Shown: positions 9,614-18,061 of the stretch, in pieces
How positions within the stretch are numbered: the stretch's first letter is position 1
Layout: each line of letters opens with the position of its first letter
Translations under genes and position numbers: made by a program
The notes under the pieces: model-generated
What the model was told of the DNA's origin: nothing
Database searches by the model: none
The model's input: only the letters and a program-made list of their open reading frames with translations
From: Pseudomonadota bacterium
Lineage (GTDB): Bacteria; Myxococcota_A; Polyangia; GCA-2747355
Reading direction: 5' to 3'
DNA: 64,000 bases
Assembly: GCA_016702545.1 (NCBI GenBank)
Contig: JADJDT010000008.1
Coordinates: forward strand, 192,683-256,682

Positions 9614-10030
9614 CGCGGCGTCGAGGCGCCCGCCGGGCAAGGCGCAGCGACGAAAGAATACTCCTGATATTCTGAGGAGCTGCAACGCTGCCCGGCGGGA
9701 TGGATCGGCACCCCGATGGAGAGGTTATTTCCGAGCGGGTCCCAGGGCACATACGTCAATACCTCCCAATCGAGGGCCCTCGCGTCGAGGGCCCAAGCGC
9801 CCAGGGCGCGCACGGCCGACGGGCACGGAGGGAGCCAATAGCACGAACGGGGCCAGCGGGGGAGGGCCCGGCCGCCGGCGAGATGCCAGCGTTTTTTCCT
9901 CCTTTCCCCGCACCTGGGAGCCCTCGGCGCCGGGGCGGCTTGCCATTCTGGCAGGCAGCGGAGGGCTGGGCGCGCCAGACAGTCACGGGGCGCGAGCCGG
10001 ACTCGTCGAGCAGGGCGCCCGCCAGGGTGC

Positions 10031-10711
10031 TCATTCGGGCAGGCGCAGCAGGTCGCGCTCGAGCTGGCCGAAGGGGTCGATCAGGTAGAGCAGCAGGTGG
10101 CGCCCCGCGCTGCGGCGCAGGGCGCGCACCTGGCGGTAGAGCTGGTAGCGACCCTCGCCCAGCAGCGAGCCCGCGACGGGCGTCCAGACCAGATCGATGC
10201 CCGAGGGCTGCTTGTGCCAATTCTCGACCAGGTACTCCCAGGTCACGCTCCAGGCCAGCGCCAGCAGCGCCGCCACCCACGGCGGCTGACGGTATTGCCG
10301 ATAGCGCAGGTAGAACTCCGAGCCGAAGAGGCCGTGACCGATCACGTTGAGCGACCACGGGTCACCGTCCCACTCGAAGGGCCCCGCCCCGCGGCGCCAC
10401 TCCGGGGCTGTGCTGAAGCCGCGGCGGAAGCGGGCCCAGTTGTCACCGCTGTCCGTGACGTCGAAGCTCTGCGGCCAGATCGCCACCGAGCAGAGGTACA
10501 TCGCGCTGAGGAAGCCGGCGCCGTGCAGCGTCGGCACGAGCCAGCCGGGCGACGCCTGGGGGGCTGTCGTCGCCGTCGTCAGCGCCGTCGGCGCGCTCGG
10601 AAGGGGCTCGGGCGGGCGGTCGAGGGCGTACGCCGCGCGCCGCGTGACGGGTGTCAGCAGCAGCAGCAGCGCGGCCAGGGCGATCGACCCGCGGTGGAAG
10701 GGTGCGCGCAT
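10031..10711 (-). CDS. DUF3943-like membrane-associated protein
   Basis: Internal ATG MRAPFHRGSIALAALLLLL (signal peptide). The motif FEWDGDPWSLNVIGHGLFGSEFYLRYR...VWTPVAGSLLGEGRY resembles DUF3943 as I remember it. Confidence 0.55.
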   Translation of the reverse strand: MRAPFHRGSIALAALLLLLTPVTRRAAYALDRPPEPLPSAPTALTTATTAPQASPGWLVPTLHGAGFLSAMYLCSVAIWPQSFDVTDSGDNWARFRRGFSTAPEWRRGAGPFEWDGDPWSLNVIGHGLFGSEFYLRYRQYRQPPWVAALLALAWSVTWEYLVENWHKQPSGIDLVWTPVAGSLLGEGRYQLYRQVRALRRSAGRHLLLYLIDPFGQLERDLLRLPE

Positions 10712-10751
10712 CGAGACGGGGAGGGGACCGGTGTCTGCTACAGCGTGTCTG

Positions 10752-11768
10752 CTACAGCTCGCCGTGCTGGGCCAGGTACTCGGCGATCTGGACGGCGTTG
10801 AGCGCCGCGCCCTTGCGCAGGTTGTCGGCCACGACCCAGAGGTTGAGCCCATGCTCGACCGAGGCGTCGAGGCGGACGCGCCCGACGTAGACCGGGTCGG
10901 TCCCCGCGGCCTGTCGCGCCAGCGGATAGCGCCGCTGGGCCGGGTCATCGACCAGCACCACGCCCGGCGCCGTGCTCAGCAGCTCGCGGGCGCGCGCCAC
11001 CGACAAGGGGCGTTCGAACTCGAGGTTGATGGCCTCGCTGTGCCCGACCATCACCGGCACGCGCACCGTCGTCGCCGAGACGCGCAGCGTCGGCTCGCCG
11101 AGGATCTTGCGCGTCTCGTCGATCATCTTGCGCTCCTCGACGGTGTCGCCGTCGGGGCGAAAGTCGCCGATCTGCGGCACGCAGTCGAAGAGAATCGGGT
11201 GCGGGAAGACCGAGGGCGCGGGATCGGGCTGCCCCGCGGCCCAGGCGCGCGCCTGCTGCGACAGCTCCTCGATCGCGCGCTGACCGGCGCCGGCCACCGC
11301 CTGATACGTCGCCACGACGATCCGCCGCAGGGTGGCCTCGCGGTGCAGCGGCGCCAGGGCCACGACCATCTGGATCGTCGAGCAGTTGGGGTTGGCGATG
11401 ATGCCCTTGGGGCGCTGGCGCGCGGCCTCGGCGTTGACCTCGGGCACCACCAAGGGCACCTGCGGGTCCAGGCGGAAGGCGCTGGTGTTGTCGATCACCA
11501 CCGCCCCGGCGCCGGCCGCGGTCGGCGCGTAGTCGCGGCTGATCGGCCCGCCCGCCGAGAAGAGCGCGACCTTCACCCCGGTGAAGCTCTGGCGATCGAG
11601 CGCGCGCACGGTCAGGCGCTCGCCGCGAAACTCGAGCGACTGCCCCGCCGAGCGCGCCGACGCCAGCGGCACCAGCTCGTCCACCGGAAAGCGGCGCTGC
11701 TCGAGCACGCGCAGCATCTCGCGACCCACGGCGCCCGTGGCACCGACGACGGCGACCTTGTAGCCCAT
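10752..11768 (-). CDS. asd: Aspartate-semialdehyde dehydrogenase
   Basis: MGYKVAVVGATGAVGREML (NAD-binding) and the active-site region IIANPNCSTIQMVVAL. Its ATG shares one base with the upstream TGA (TGATG). Confidence 0.92.
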   Translation of the reverse strand: MGYKVAVVGATGAVGREMLRVLEQRRFPVDELVPLASARSAGQSLEFRGERLTVRALDRQSFTGVKVALFSAGGPISRDYAPTAAGAGAVVIDNTSAFRLDPQVPLVVPEVNAEAARQRPKGIIANPNCSTIQMVVALAPLHREATLRRIVVATYQAVAGAGQRAIEELSQQARAWAAGQPDPAPSVFPHPILFDCVPQIGDFRPDGDTVEERKMIDETRKILGEPTLRVSATTVRVPVMVGHSEAINLEFERPLSVARARELLSTAPGVVLVDDPAQRRYPLARQAAGTDPVYVGRVRLDASVEHGLNLWVVADNLRKGAALNAVQIAEYLAQHGEL

Positions 11769-14011
11769 CAGCTCGATCCTCCCCGCGCGGCCCGCAGCGA
11801 GCGACGCAAGCGCCCCAGCAGCGTCTCGAGCTGCTGCGCCTGCGCTGCGCTCAGGCCGCTGCGGCCAAAGCGGGCGGCATAGTAGCAGCGGGTCAGCTCC
11901 TCGACCAGCGCCGCCGCGGGATGGCCCGCGCGCGCGAGCCGCGCGGCCAGCTCGACCGGCGTGGTGTCCGCGGGCCGGGGGATGCCCGCGCGCGCCAGCG
12001 CCCGCAGCGCGCGGCCGTAGACGCGCGTCGCCGGGTGCGCACGCGCCCTGCCGCGCCCTGTCGCGCGCGGCAGGGCGCGGCCGCCGCCGCCGGGGCGTCG
12101 CAGCAGCAGCCAGGCGGCCCCGGCGCCGATCGCGACCAGCAGCAGCAGCAGCAGCGGGCGGCGCCGGCCGCTCGGCAGGGCCGCGTCCGGGCCCGGCGTG
12201 GGGCTCCGGCCGCGCAGCAGGCGTCCGGCGGCGACGAAGAGCGTGCGCTGCTTGCTCAGGTCGTACTCGATGACATAGCGCAGCCAGCGCAGGCGCAGCG
12301 TATCGACGAGCTCTTGCAGCGGCAGCAGCCAGCCGCCGGCCAGGGTCGGGGGCTCGCCGCCCGCCGGTGTGGCGTCGAAGGCGACCCAGCCGAGGCCCGG
12401 CAGCAGCACCTCGGTCCAGGCGTGCGCGTCCGACTGCCGCACGGCCAGATAGCGCCCGTAGCCGTTCCACTGCCCGCCGAGCAGGCCGTTGACGTGGCGC
12501 GTGGGCACGTCGACGGCGCGCAGCAGGATCGCCAGCGCGGTGGCGAAGTACTCGCAGTGCCCGGCGCGCCGCTCGAAGAGAAAGCTATCGAGCGCGTCGG
12601 CGCCGGCCGGGGGCGCGACCAGCGCCGTGGTGTAGCGGTAGGCGCGCTGCAGGTGCCTTTGCAGCGCGAGCGCCTTGTCGTAGGCCGAGACACGCCCCGC
12701 AGTGACGCGCCGCGCCAGCGCGATCACCCGCGGCGGCAGGCTGGGTGGCAGTCGTAGGTAGCGCGCCAGCCGGCGGTCGCCGGGCGGGATCAGGGCCTGG
12801 CGCGCGAGCGCCGGGTCGGGCGTGTAGAGCTGCGAGTAGACCACGTAGCGCAGACCGGCGCTGCGCGGGCGCCCCGCGCGCAGCTCACCCAGCGGGCCGC
12901 GCTGCGGCACGAAGAGGCGCCGGCTCAGCAGCGGTGGGTCGATCAGCTCGAGCGCCACGGGCCGGTCGAGGCCGAAGAGCAGCGAGGAGCCGATTGGCTC
13001 GAGGTAGATTTCCTGGCGCAGCAGGTGCTCGCGCAGCCAACGGGTGGTCGGGCGCTGCGGCAGGCCCGGCGCGGGATTGGCCCAGTAGAGGCCGTCTACG
13101 GCCACCAGATCGTCGGTGCGACCGCTCAGCTCGGGGCTGTGGCTCCAGGCGCCGCCCTCGTAGCGGTCATAGACCGAGCCGCGCCAGCGTAGCCGGCCGG
13201 TGGCGCGCAGCGCCTCGACGCGGCGCGGATCGAGCACCACGCGCAGCACCACCTGCGGGTTGTCGCGGATCGCGCCGTGCTGGCCGAGCTGCACCTGCTC
13301 GCTGAAACCCGCCACCAGCGCCCCGCGCCGCTGCGCGCCCGAGAAGAGCCCGAAGCCGATGCGCGGGAAGCTGACGAAGACGGCCAGCGCGCCGGCCAGC
13401 ATCCCCAGCGAGAGCAGCGAGGTGCCGGCAAGGAAGCGCAGGCCGATGAGCTGCCGCGTGGCGAGCGCGGTCGGCTCGGGGGCAGCGGGGCCGGCGGGCG
13501 GCGCGGGCGCGGTGGCACCGCCGCTGCTGGTGGCGGCCTGGGCCTGCTGCTCGAGCTCGCGGCGGAGCTGCAGCAGCACCAGCGACCAGGTGGCGGCGAC
13601 GGTGAAGGCGACGAAGCAGAGCGCGTAGGACAGCTCGGTGTTGAGCGCCGTGGCGACGATCAACAGCAGGAAGGCGATGATCGTGGTCTGCTGGTAGTCG
13701 GAGCTGCTGCGGCGGTTGAAGAGCTTGTTGACCAGCAGCACCAGCAGGAAGGTCACGCCGGCGTCGACGATCGAGTCCCCTTGCAGCACGCGCACCGCGA
13801 GCACGCAGAGCACCACCAACGTGCCCAGGTTCCAGATCGCCGCCCAGCGCTCGGCCCGGTAACGCGGCGCCTCGGCCCACCAGCTCGCCACCACGCCGAG
13901 CAAGGCCAGCGCGTGCCCCGCCCGCGCCACCCCCGGCCCCAAGAGCGCGGCCGCCAACGCGGCCGCCGCCATCAGGTAGGTGCTCAGCTTGTGCAGCGTG
14001 AGGAAACGCAC
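11768..14011 (-). CDS. Transglutaminase-like protein with N-terminal multi-TM DUF3488-type region (TgpA-like)
   Basis: Cys-His-Asp core: RRAGHCEYFATALAILLRAV ... SDAHAWTEVLL ... WVAFDATP. The N-terminus has six hydrophobic helices. Start taken as GTG VRFLTLHKL (14011); the alternative is ATG at 13971. Confidence 0.8.
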   Translation of the reverse strand: MRFLTLHKLSTYLMAAAALAAALLGPGVARAGHALALLGVVASWWAEAPRYRAERWAAIWNLGTLVVLCVLAVRVLQGDSIVDAGVTFLLVLLVNKLFNRRSSSDYQQTTIIAFLLLIVATALNTELSYALCFVAFTVAATWSLVLLQLRRELEQQAQAATSSGGATAPAPPAGPAAPEPTALATRQLIGLRFLAGTSLLSLGMLAGALAVFVSFPRIGFGLFSGAQRRGALVAGFSEQVQLGQHGAIRDNPQVVLRVVLDPRRVEALRATGRLRWRGSVYDRYEGGAWSHSPELSGRTDDLVAVDGLYWANPAPGLPQRPTTRWLREHLLRQEIYLEPIGSSLLFGLDRPVALELIDPPLLSRRLFVPQRGPLGELRAGRPRSAGLRYVVYSQLYTPDPALARQALIPPGDRRLARYLRLPPSLPPRVIALARRVTAGRVSAYDKALALQRHLQRAYRYTTALVAPPAGADALDSFLFERRAGHCEYFATALAILLRAVDVPTRHVNGLLGGQWNGYGRYLAVRQSDAHAWTEVLLPGLGWVAFDATPAGGEPPTLAGGWLLPLQELVDTLRLRWLRYVIEYDLSKQRTLFVAAGRLLRGRSPTPGPDAALPSGRRRPLLLLLLVAIGAGAAWLLLRRPGGGGRALPRATGRGRARAHPATRVYGRALRALARAGIPRPADTTPVELAARLARAGHPAAALVEELTRCYYAARFGRSGLSAAQAQQLETLLGRLRRSLRAARGGSS

Positions 14012-14098
14012 GGCGGCATCGTAGCGACTACCGCGCCGATCGGCGAGCGGCGGTGCTCGCGAACGCCTAGTGAAGCAGTTCGCCGCGGGCGGCAAGAG

Positions 14099-14281
14099 CT
14101 AGACCCAAAACAAGCGCGTCCCGCGCTTGCTTTGGGTCCAGAGATGACTCAGGGGGCTTTCGCAAAGCCCCCTCGTCGCGGGGAGTGAATCCCCGCGACC
14201 TCACCCCATAACGCTCGCCTGTCGGCTCGTCTAGCCCGAAAACAAACGTCTTGCGCTCGAACGCGCTTGTTTTCGGGCTAG
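14099..14281. repeat. CTAG-hairpin MITE/REP-like element, copy 2 (inverted relative to copy 1)
   Basis: A string of four hairpins: gacccaaaacaagcgcg/cgcgcttgctttgggtc, agggggcttt/aaagccccct, tcgcgggg/ccccgcga, and ctagcccgaaaacaa/ttgttttcgggctag. It is bounded by CTAG at both ends. Confidence 0.75.
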
Positions 14282-14539
14282 AGAGGAGCGGGGGTGGCGG
14301 TCGCAGAGGAGGAGGCGGTGGGGGAGCCACCCTGCGAAGGCGGGCGGAGGCCCGCTCGGGGACCGGATGGGCATCGGTCGAGGGCGCTAGCATTGGACGG
14401 ACCGCTCCGAGAATCGGCCTTCGCTCCTCGGCTGCCGATGCCGGGCGAACCCGGTATCCCGTGCAAATGACCTACCTCCATATCTTCCACGGTACCATCG
14501 GCAACTGGCTCGAAGTCTGCATGCAAGGCGTCGCTGGGG

Positions 14540-15817
14540 GTGGGAGTGGCAACTCATCGCGCGGCCCTGGTCGTGATCCTTTTTGCTGTCGTTGCATCAG
14601 CGCGTGGTGCGGCTTCGGCCAGCCGGACCCCTCCTCCTGGGCTCGTCACCAGGAACGTCCGCCAGGTTGTGACAGCACTGGTTGACCCGAAGACCCACCT
14701 TGCACGGAGCCGGTTCACGGGGTACCCGCCAGTCTTCTCAAGGGACTACTGGCGGCTTGACGACGACGGAAGAACGCTTGCCCTGCGTTCGCAGGTCTCA
14801 CCGTCCAGGGCGCTTGCCCACCGCCTCGCGCACCCCGAAAGCTATGCGAACGAATGCGCAACTGAGGCTGCCACGGTGCTCACGCTGACCTATGCCGGCG
14901 TTCTCAAGGACCTCGGTTGGTCGTCAGGAGAGGTTGACCACCACCTTCGGAATCTGGCGCTCGGTCCGTGGCGGCTAGCGCCGAGCATTGAGCTGGCAGA
15001 GATCGTGTCCGATCGGACGGATGGTGATCTGCGACCTCTGCTGCGGCCAGGCGATGCCATTCGCCTTGTGGTTTACGACGCACGCCCCGCCGCCCAGATC
15101 CTCGGCCTCGCCTCGAACAACGTCGTCTACGTCGGCGCAGCGGAAGCGGCTGGTCCACGCTGGGATGCCGGTGAGGCTGTCTACTATGCTCAGTTCGATG
15201 GGCTCGTCGGTGAGCGCTTGGCGTTCGATTCGCTCCGGCACCACGGATATGAGGCACGCCCGCGCCACACCGAAAATGTCGTTCGATCCGTGGAGTCTCT
15301 CCGCCGGGCGCTTGCCGAGGCTGCCCGCGGGGCGGGTGCTGTGCCGGAGCCCAGTGCTTGGCACGAGATGGCGGACGAGATAACCGCCATGCTCACGCGG
15401 AGCGTTCGGCTTCGATGCGACGCGACCACTTTCGCTTCGGCCAACAAGGCGGAAATCGAGCGCGCGATGGCAGCACATTGGACCGCCCTTGCCGGGGGCC
15501 TGGAGGTCGTTGACACTGCGCCCCTCGAGGCCGCGCTCCGGGCCCTCACCGAGCCACTGCATGCAAGCGAACGCGAAATCCGCGAGCTCGAATCGAGCGC
15601 ACTGACCACTGTTCGCCGCCTCGACGAGCTTCTGGCGACGTGGTGCGAGGCTCACCGTTCGAATCGCGTGATGGAGGGCTCGATGGTAGCGGTCGCAGAA
15701 CTGCGGCGCGTCTTGGCCCGCGTCGCACCCCGCTCGCAGGTCGGAACCGATGGCCTCATTCGCCGGTTGGTCTTCCCGAACGGGCCATCTCCCCAAGAGG
15801 ACGAGCGAGCGGAATAG
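14540..15817 (+). CDS. Hypothetical secreted protein (island-borne)
   Basis: Signal peptide MGVATHRAALVVILFAVVASARGAASA. The 425-aa ORF has visibly lower GC than the flanks. I recognised no family. It is the only long plus-strand ORF here with protein-like composition. Confidence 0.6.
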   Translation: MGVATHRAALVVILFAVVASARGAASASRTPPPGLVTRNVRQVVTALVDPKTHLARSRFTGYPPVFSRDYWRLDDDGRTLALRSQVSPSRALAHRLAHPESYANECATEAATVLTLTYAGVLKDLGWSSGEVDHHLRNLALGPWRLAPSIELAEIVSDRTDGDLRPLLRPGDAIRLVVYDARPAAQILGLASNNVVYVGAAEAAGPRWDAGEAVYYAQFDGLVGERLAFDSLRHHGYEARPRHTENVVRSVESLRRALAEAARGAGAVPEPSAWHEMADEITAMLTRSVRLRCDATTFASANKAEIERAMAAHWTALAGGLEVVDTAPLEAALRALTEPLHASEREIRELESSALTTVRRLDELLATWCEAHRSNRVMEGSMVAVAELRRVLARVAPRSQVGTDGLIRRLVFPNGPSPQEDERAE

Positions 15818-15889
15818 CACTCCGGCGTCCGGTGGCCCGGCCGTGCTCTCGCCCGCGGCGGGGTGGCGGCGAACGATCTTTCGCCCACG

Positions 15890-16617
15890 GCGCGCCCGAG
15901 AAGAGCCCGAAGCCGATGCGCGGGAAGCTGACGAAGACGGCCAGCGCGCCGGCCAGCATCCCCAGCGAGAGCAGCGAGGTGCCGGCAACGAAGCGCAGGC
16001 CGATGAGCTGCCGCGTGGCGAGCGCGGTCGGCTCGGGGGCAGCGGGGCCGGCGGGCGGCGCGGGCGCGGTGGCACCGCCGCTGCTGGCGGCGGCCTGGGC
16101 CTGCTGCTCGAGCTCGCGCCGCAGCTGCAGCAGCACCAGCGACCAGGTGGCGGCGACGGTGAAGGCGACGAAGCAGAACGCGTAGGACAGCTCGGTGTTG
16201 AGCGCCGTGGCGACGATCAACAGCAGGAAGGCGATGATCGTGTCTGCTGGTAGTCGGAGCTGCTGCGGCGGTTGAAGAGCTTGTTGACCAGCAGCACCAG
16301 CAGGAAGGTCACGCCGGCGTCGACGATCGAGTCCCCTTGCAGCACGCGCACCGCGAGCACGCAGAGCACCAGCAGCGTGCCCAGGTTCCAGATCGCCGCC
16401 CAGCGCTCGGCCCGGTAACGCGGCGCCTCGGCCCACCAGCTCGCCACCACGCCGAGCCAGGCCAGCGCGTGCCCCGCCCGCGCCACCCCCGACCCCAGAG
16501 CGCGGCCGCCAACGCGGCCGCCGCCATCAGGTAGGTGCTCAGCTTGTGCAGCGTGAGGAATCGCACGGCCGCATCGTAGCGACTACCGCGCCAGTCGGCG
16601 AGCGGCGGTGCTCGCGA
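15890..16617 (-). pseudogene. Decayed duplicate of the 5' end (plus ~50 bp upstream) of the transglutaminase-like gene
   Basis: Nearly identical to 13333-14062, differing by a few substitutions and two 1-nt deletions (gatcgtg-tctgctgg; cccccgacccc-agagc) that break the frame. The track shows it split over ORFs 14975..16075, 15756..16436 and 16217..16486. Confidence 0.85.
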
Positions 16618-16632
16618 CCCCGCCCTGCTGCT

Positions 16633-17028
16633 TCACGCCGCGAGCGAGGCGACGTGAGGATAGGCCAGGATCCGCTCGTCCGCTGTCATCAGCGTCAGCC
16701 CGCGATGGCGCGTGGCAGAAACCAATATCCGATCGGCGGGGTCCTTGTGGAAGGCGCCCGGGAGTTGGTACGCGCCGAAGGCGTCCTCATGGGACAGCTC
16801 GAGGGTCTGCGCCCCGAGCGCTCCGAGCGCGGCTCGCAGCCACGCCGCGAGTTCGAGGCGAAAGGACAGTCGGCCGCTGTCGGCCAGGCGCGCGAGCTCA
16901 AGCGTGGAGATGGTATGTACGAAGCGCTCGCGCGTGGGATCGAGCAGCAGCTCGCGGCTGGCGGCGCTCAGCCGGTCGGGATCCTCCTGGGACCAAACGA
17001 GCACATGGGTGTCGAGCAAGAGCCGCAT
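16633..17028 (-). CDS. vapC: Type II toxin, PIN-domain VapC family
   Basis: MRLLLDTHVLVW... (first acidic PIN residue), ...DPADRILVATA-like segment DPADRILVSATRHRGLTLMTADERI. Its ATG overlaps the antitoxin stop (TGATG). Confidence 0.85.
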   Translation of the reverse strand: MRLLLDTHVLVWSQEDPDRLSAASRELLLDPTRERFVHTISTLELARLADSGRLSFRLELAAWLRAALGALGAQTLELSHEDAFGAYQLPGAFHKDPADRILVSATRHRGLTLMTADERILAYPHVASLAA

Positions 17029-17258
17029 CAGGGCTCCTCCCAGTCGTCGTCCCATGCGCCATGCACGATGTCGCCCCGGATCTCGACCGACCCGCGCAGC
17101 GTCCCGAGTTGTGGTCGGTGCTCGGCCTCCGCACAGGGCTGAATCGTGACCATCGGCCGGCCGCGGAGGGTTACGGTCAAGGGGGTGCGGGAGCGCTGCA
17201 CCTCCTTCAGCATCTGGATGCAGCGCGCCTTGAACTCGGAGATCAGCACGGCTCGCAT
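17028..17258 (-). CDS. Type II antitoxin, Phd/YefM-like
   Basis: MRAVLISEFKARCIQMLKEVQRSRTPLTVTLRGRPMVTIQP is a typical prevent-host-death N-terminus. It lies directly upstream of, and is coupled to, the PIN toxin. Confidence 0.75.
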   Translation of the reverse strand: MRAVLISEFKARCIQMLKEVQRSRTPLTVTLRGRPMVTIQPCAEAEHRPQLGTLRGSVEIRGDIVHGAWDDDWEEP

Positions 17259-17268
17259 CGTCGCAAGG

Positions 17269-17292
17269 TGACCTGGTCTGAGGACCAGGTCA
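17269..17292 (-). promoter_or_regulatory. Probable TA operator: perfect 10-bp inverted repeat
   Basis: tgacctggtc-tgag-gaccaggtca lies about 11 nt upstream of the antitoxin ATG. That is the usual position for autoregulatory operators of type II TA loci. Confidence 0.5.
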
Positions 17293-17403
17293 AGTCCTGC
17301 GGACTGGCCGCGCCAGGGTCGAGGGCGGCGGAGGGGAGGTCGAGGAAGGTGACGGTTGGGGGCCCGCCCCACTGGGGCCGGGGTCAAAGGGCCCGGAGAC
17401 TCA

Positions 17404-18061
17404 CTAGTGGTAGTAAATCTTGACGGCGTCTGTCGCCAGTGCTTCGGCGCGTTCCGCGATCAACTTATCAAACGAATTTGAGCCTCCAATCCCGCCGCGG
17501 ATCGGGTCGTAGTCCGTGGGGAACTCCATGGGGCCGGCCAAGGGAAGTCCTTGTGCGTCGGCGGTCTTTGGGAAAAGGGTTCTTAACGCGATCAGCACCG
17601 CCTCCTTGGTTCCTCGCTCGACCACGATTTCTTCGCTACCGCCGGCCAGCCTCGAGCCCAAGGAGCGAACCGTCACGGGTTGGGCCAGAATGCGATCGGG
17701 GTTTACTAAGGGCGGCACTTGCCCGCTCTTCGTATCGAGAAGTGAGCCCAGATGGGCTCTCAGCGAGCCGAGGACCGGCGGAACGAGGTTCAAAACCGCT
17801 GCGACGGCGGCGTCATGCTCCGCCGGGTTGAGGCGACGACCAGTTGTTGCAAAATTCTTAAGGGCGAGACCTGTGTACTGCTTGATCGCCCTGTTCGCCG
17901 CATTGTTCGCATCGGGCCTTCCTTGAGTAGCACCAGCACGAGACTTCTCAAGCTGAGGCTCACTCGCCGACGCTCCCCACGGCATTCCCACCGCGGCCAG
18001 CCCCGCCACCGCCGCGACGATCCATGACCGACGCTGGGCGGCGCTGCACCAAAGGTTCTTC
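17404..18061 (-). pseudogene. Secreted hypothetical protein, 5' end separated from its start codon by an antisense group II intron
   Basis: The reading frame runs into the intron boundary, with the signal peptide ...KNLWCSAAQRRSWIVAAVAGLAAVGMPWGASA. No ATG/GTG/TTG lies between the boundary and the signal peptide. ATG plus RBS are found at 19997 and join in frame once 18062-19986 is removed. Confidence 0.6.

Noticed and set aside
14067-14393. 108-aa minus-strand ORF upstream of the transglutaminase-like gene
   Set aside because: It reads straight through four hairpins of the repeat element, and its composition (poly-Pro/Arg) is not protein-like.
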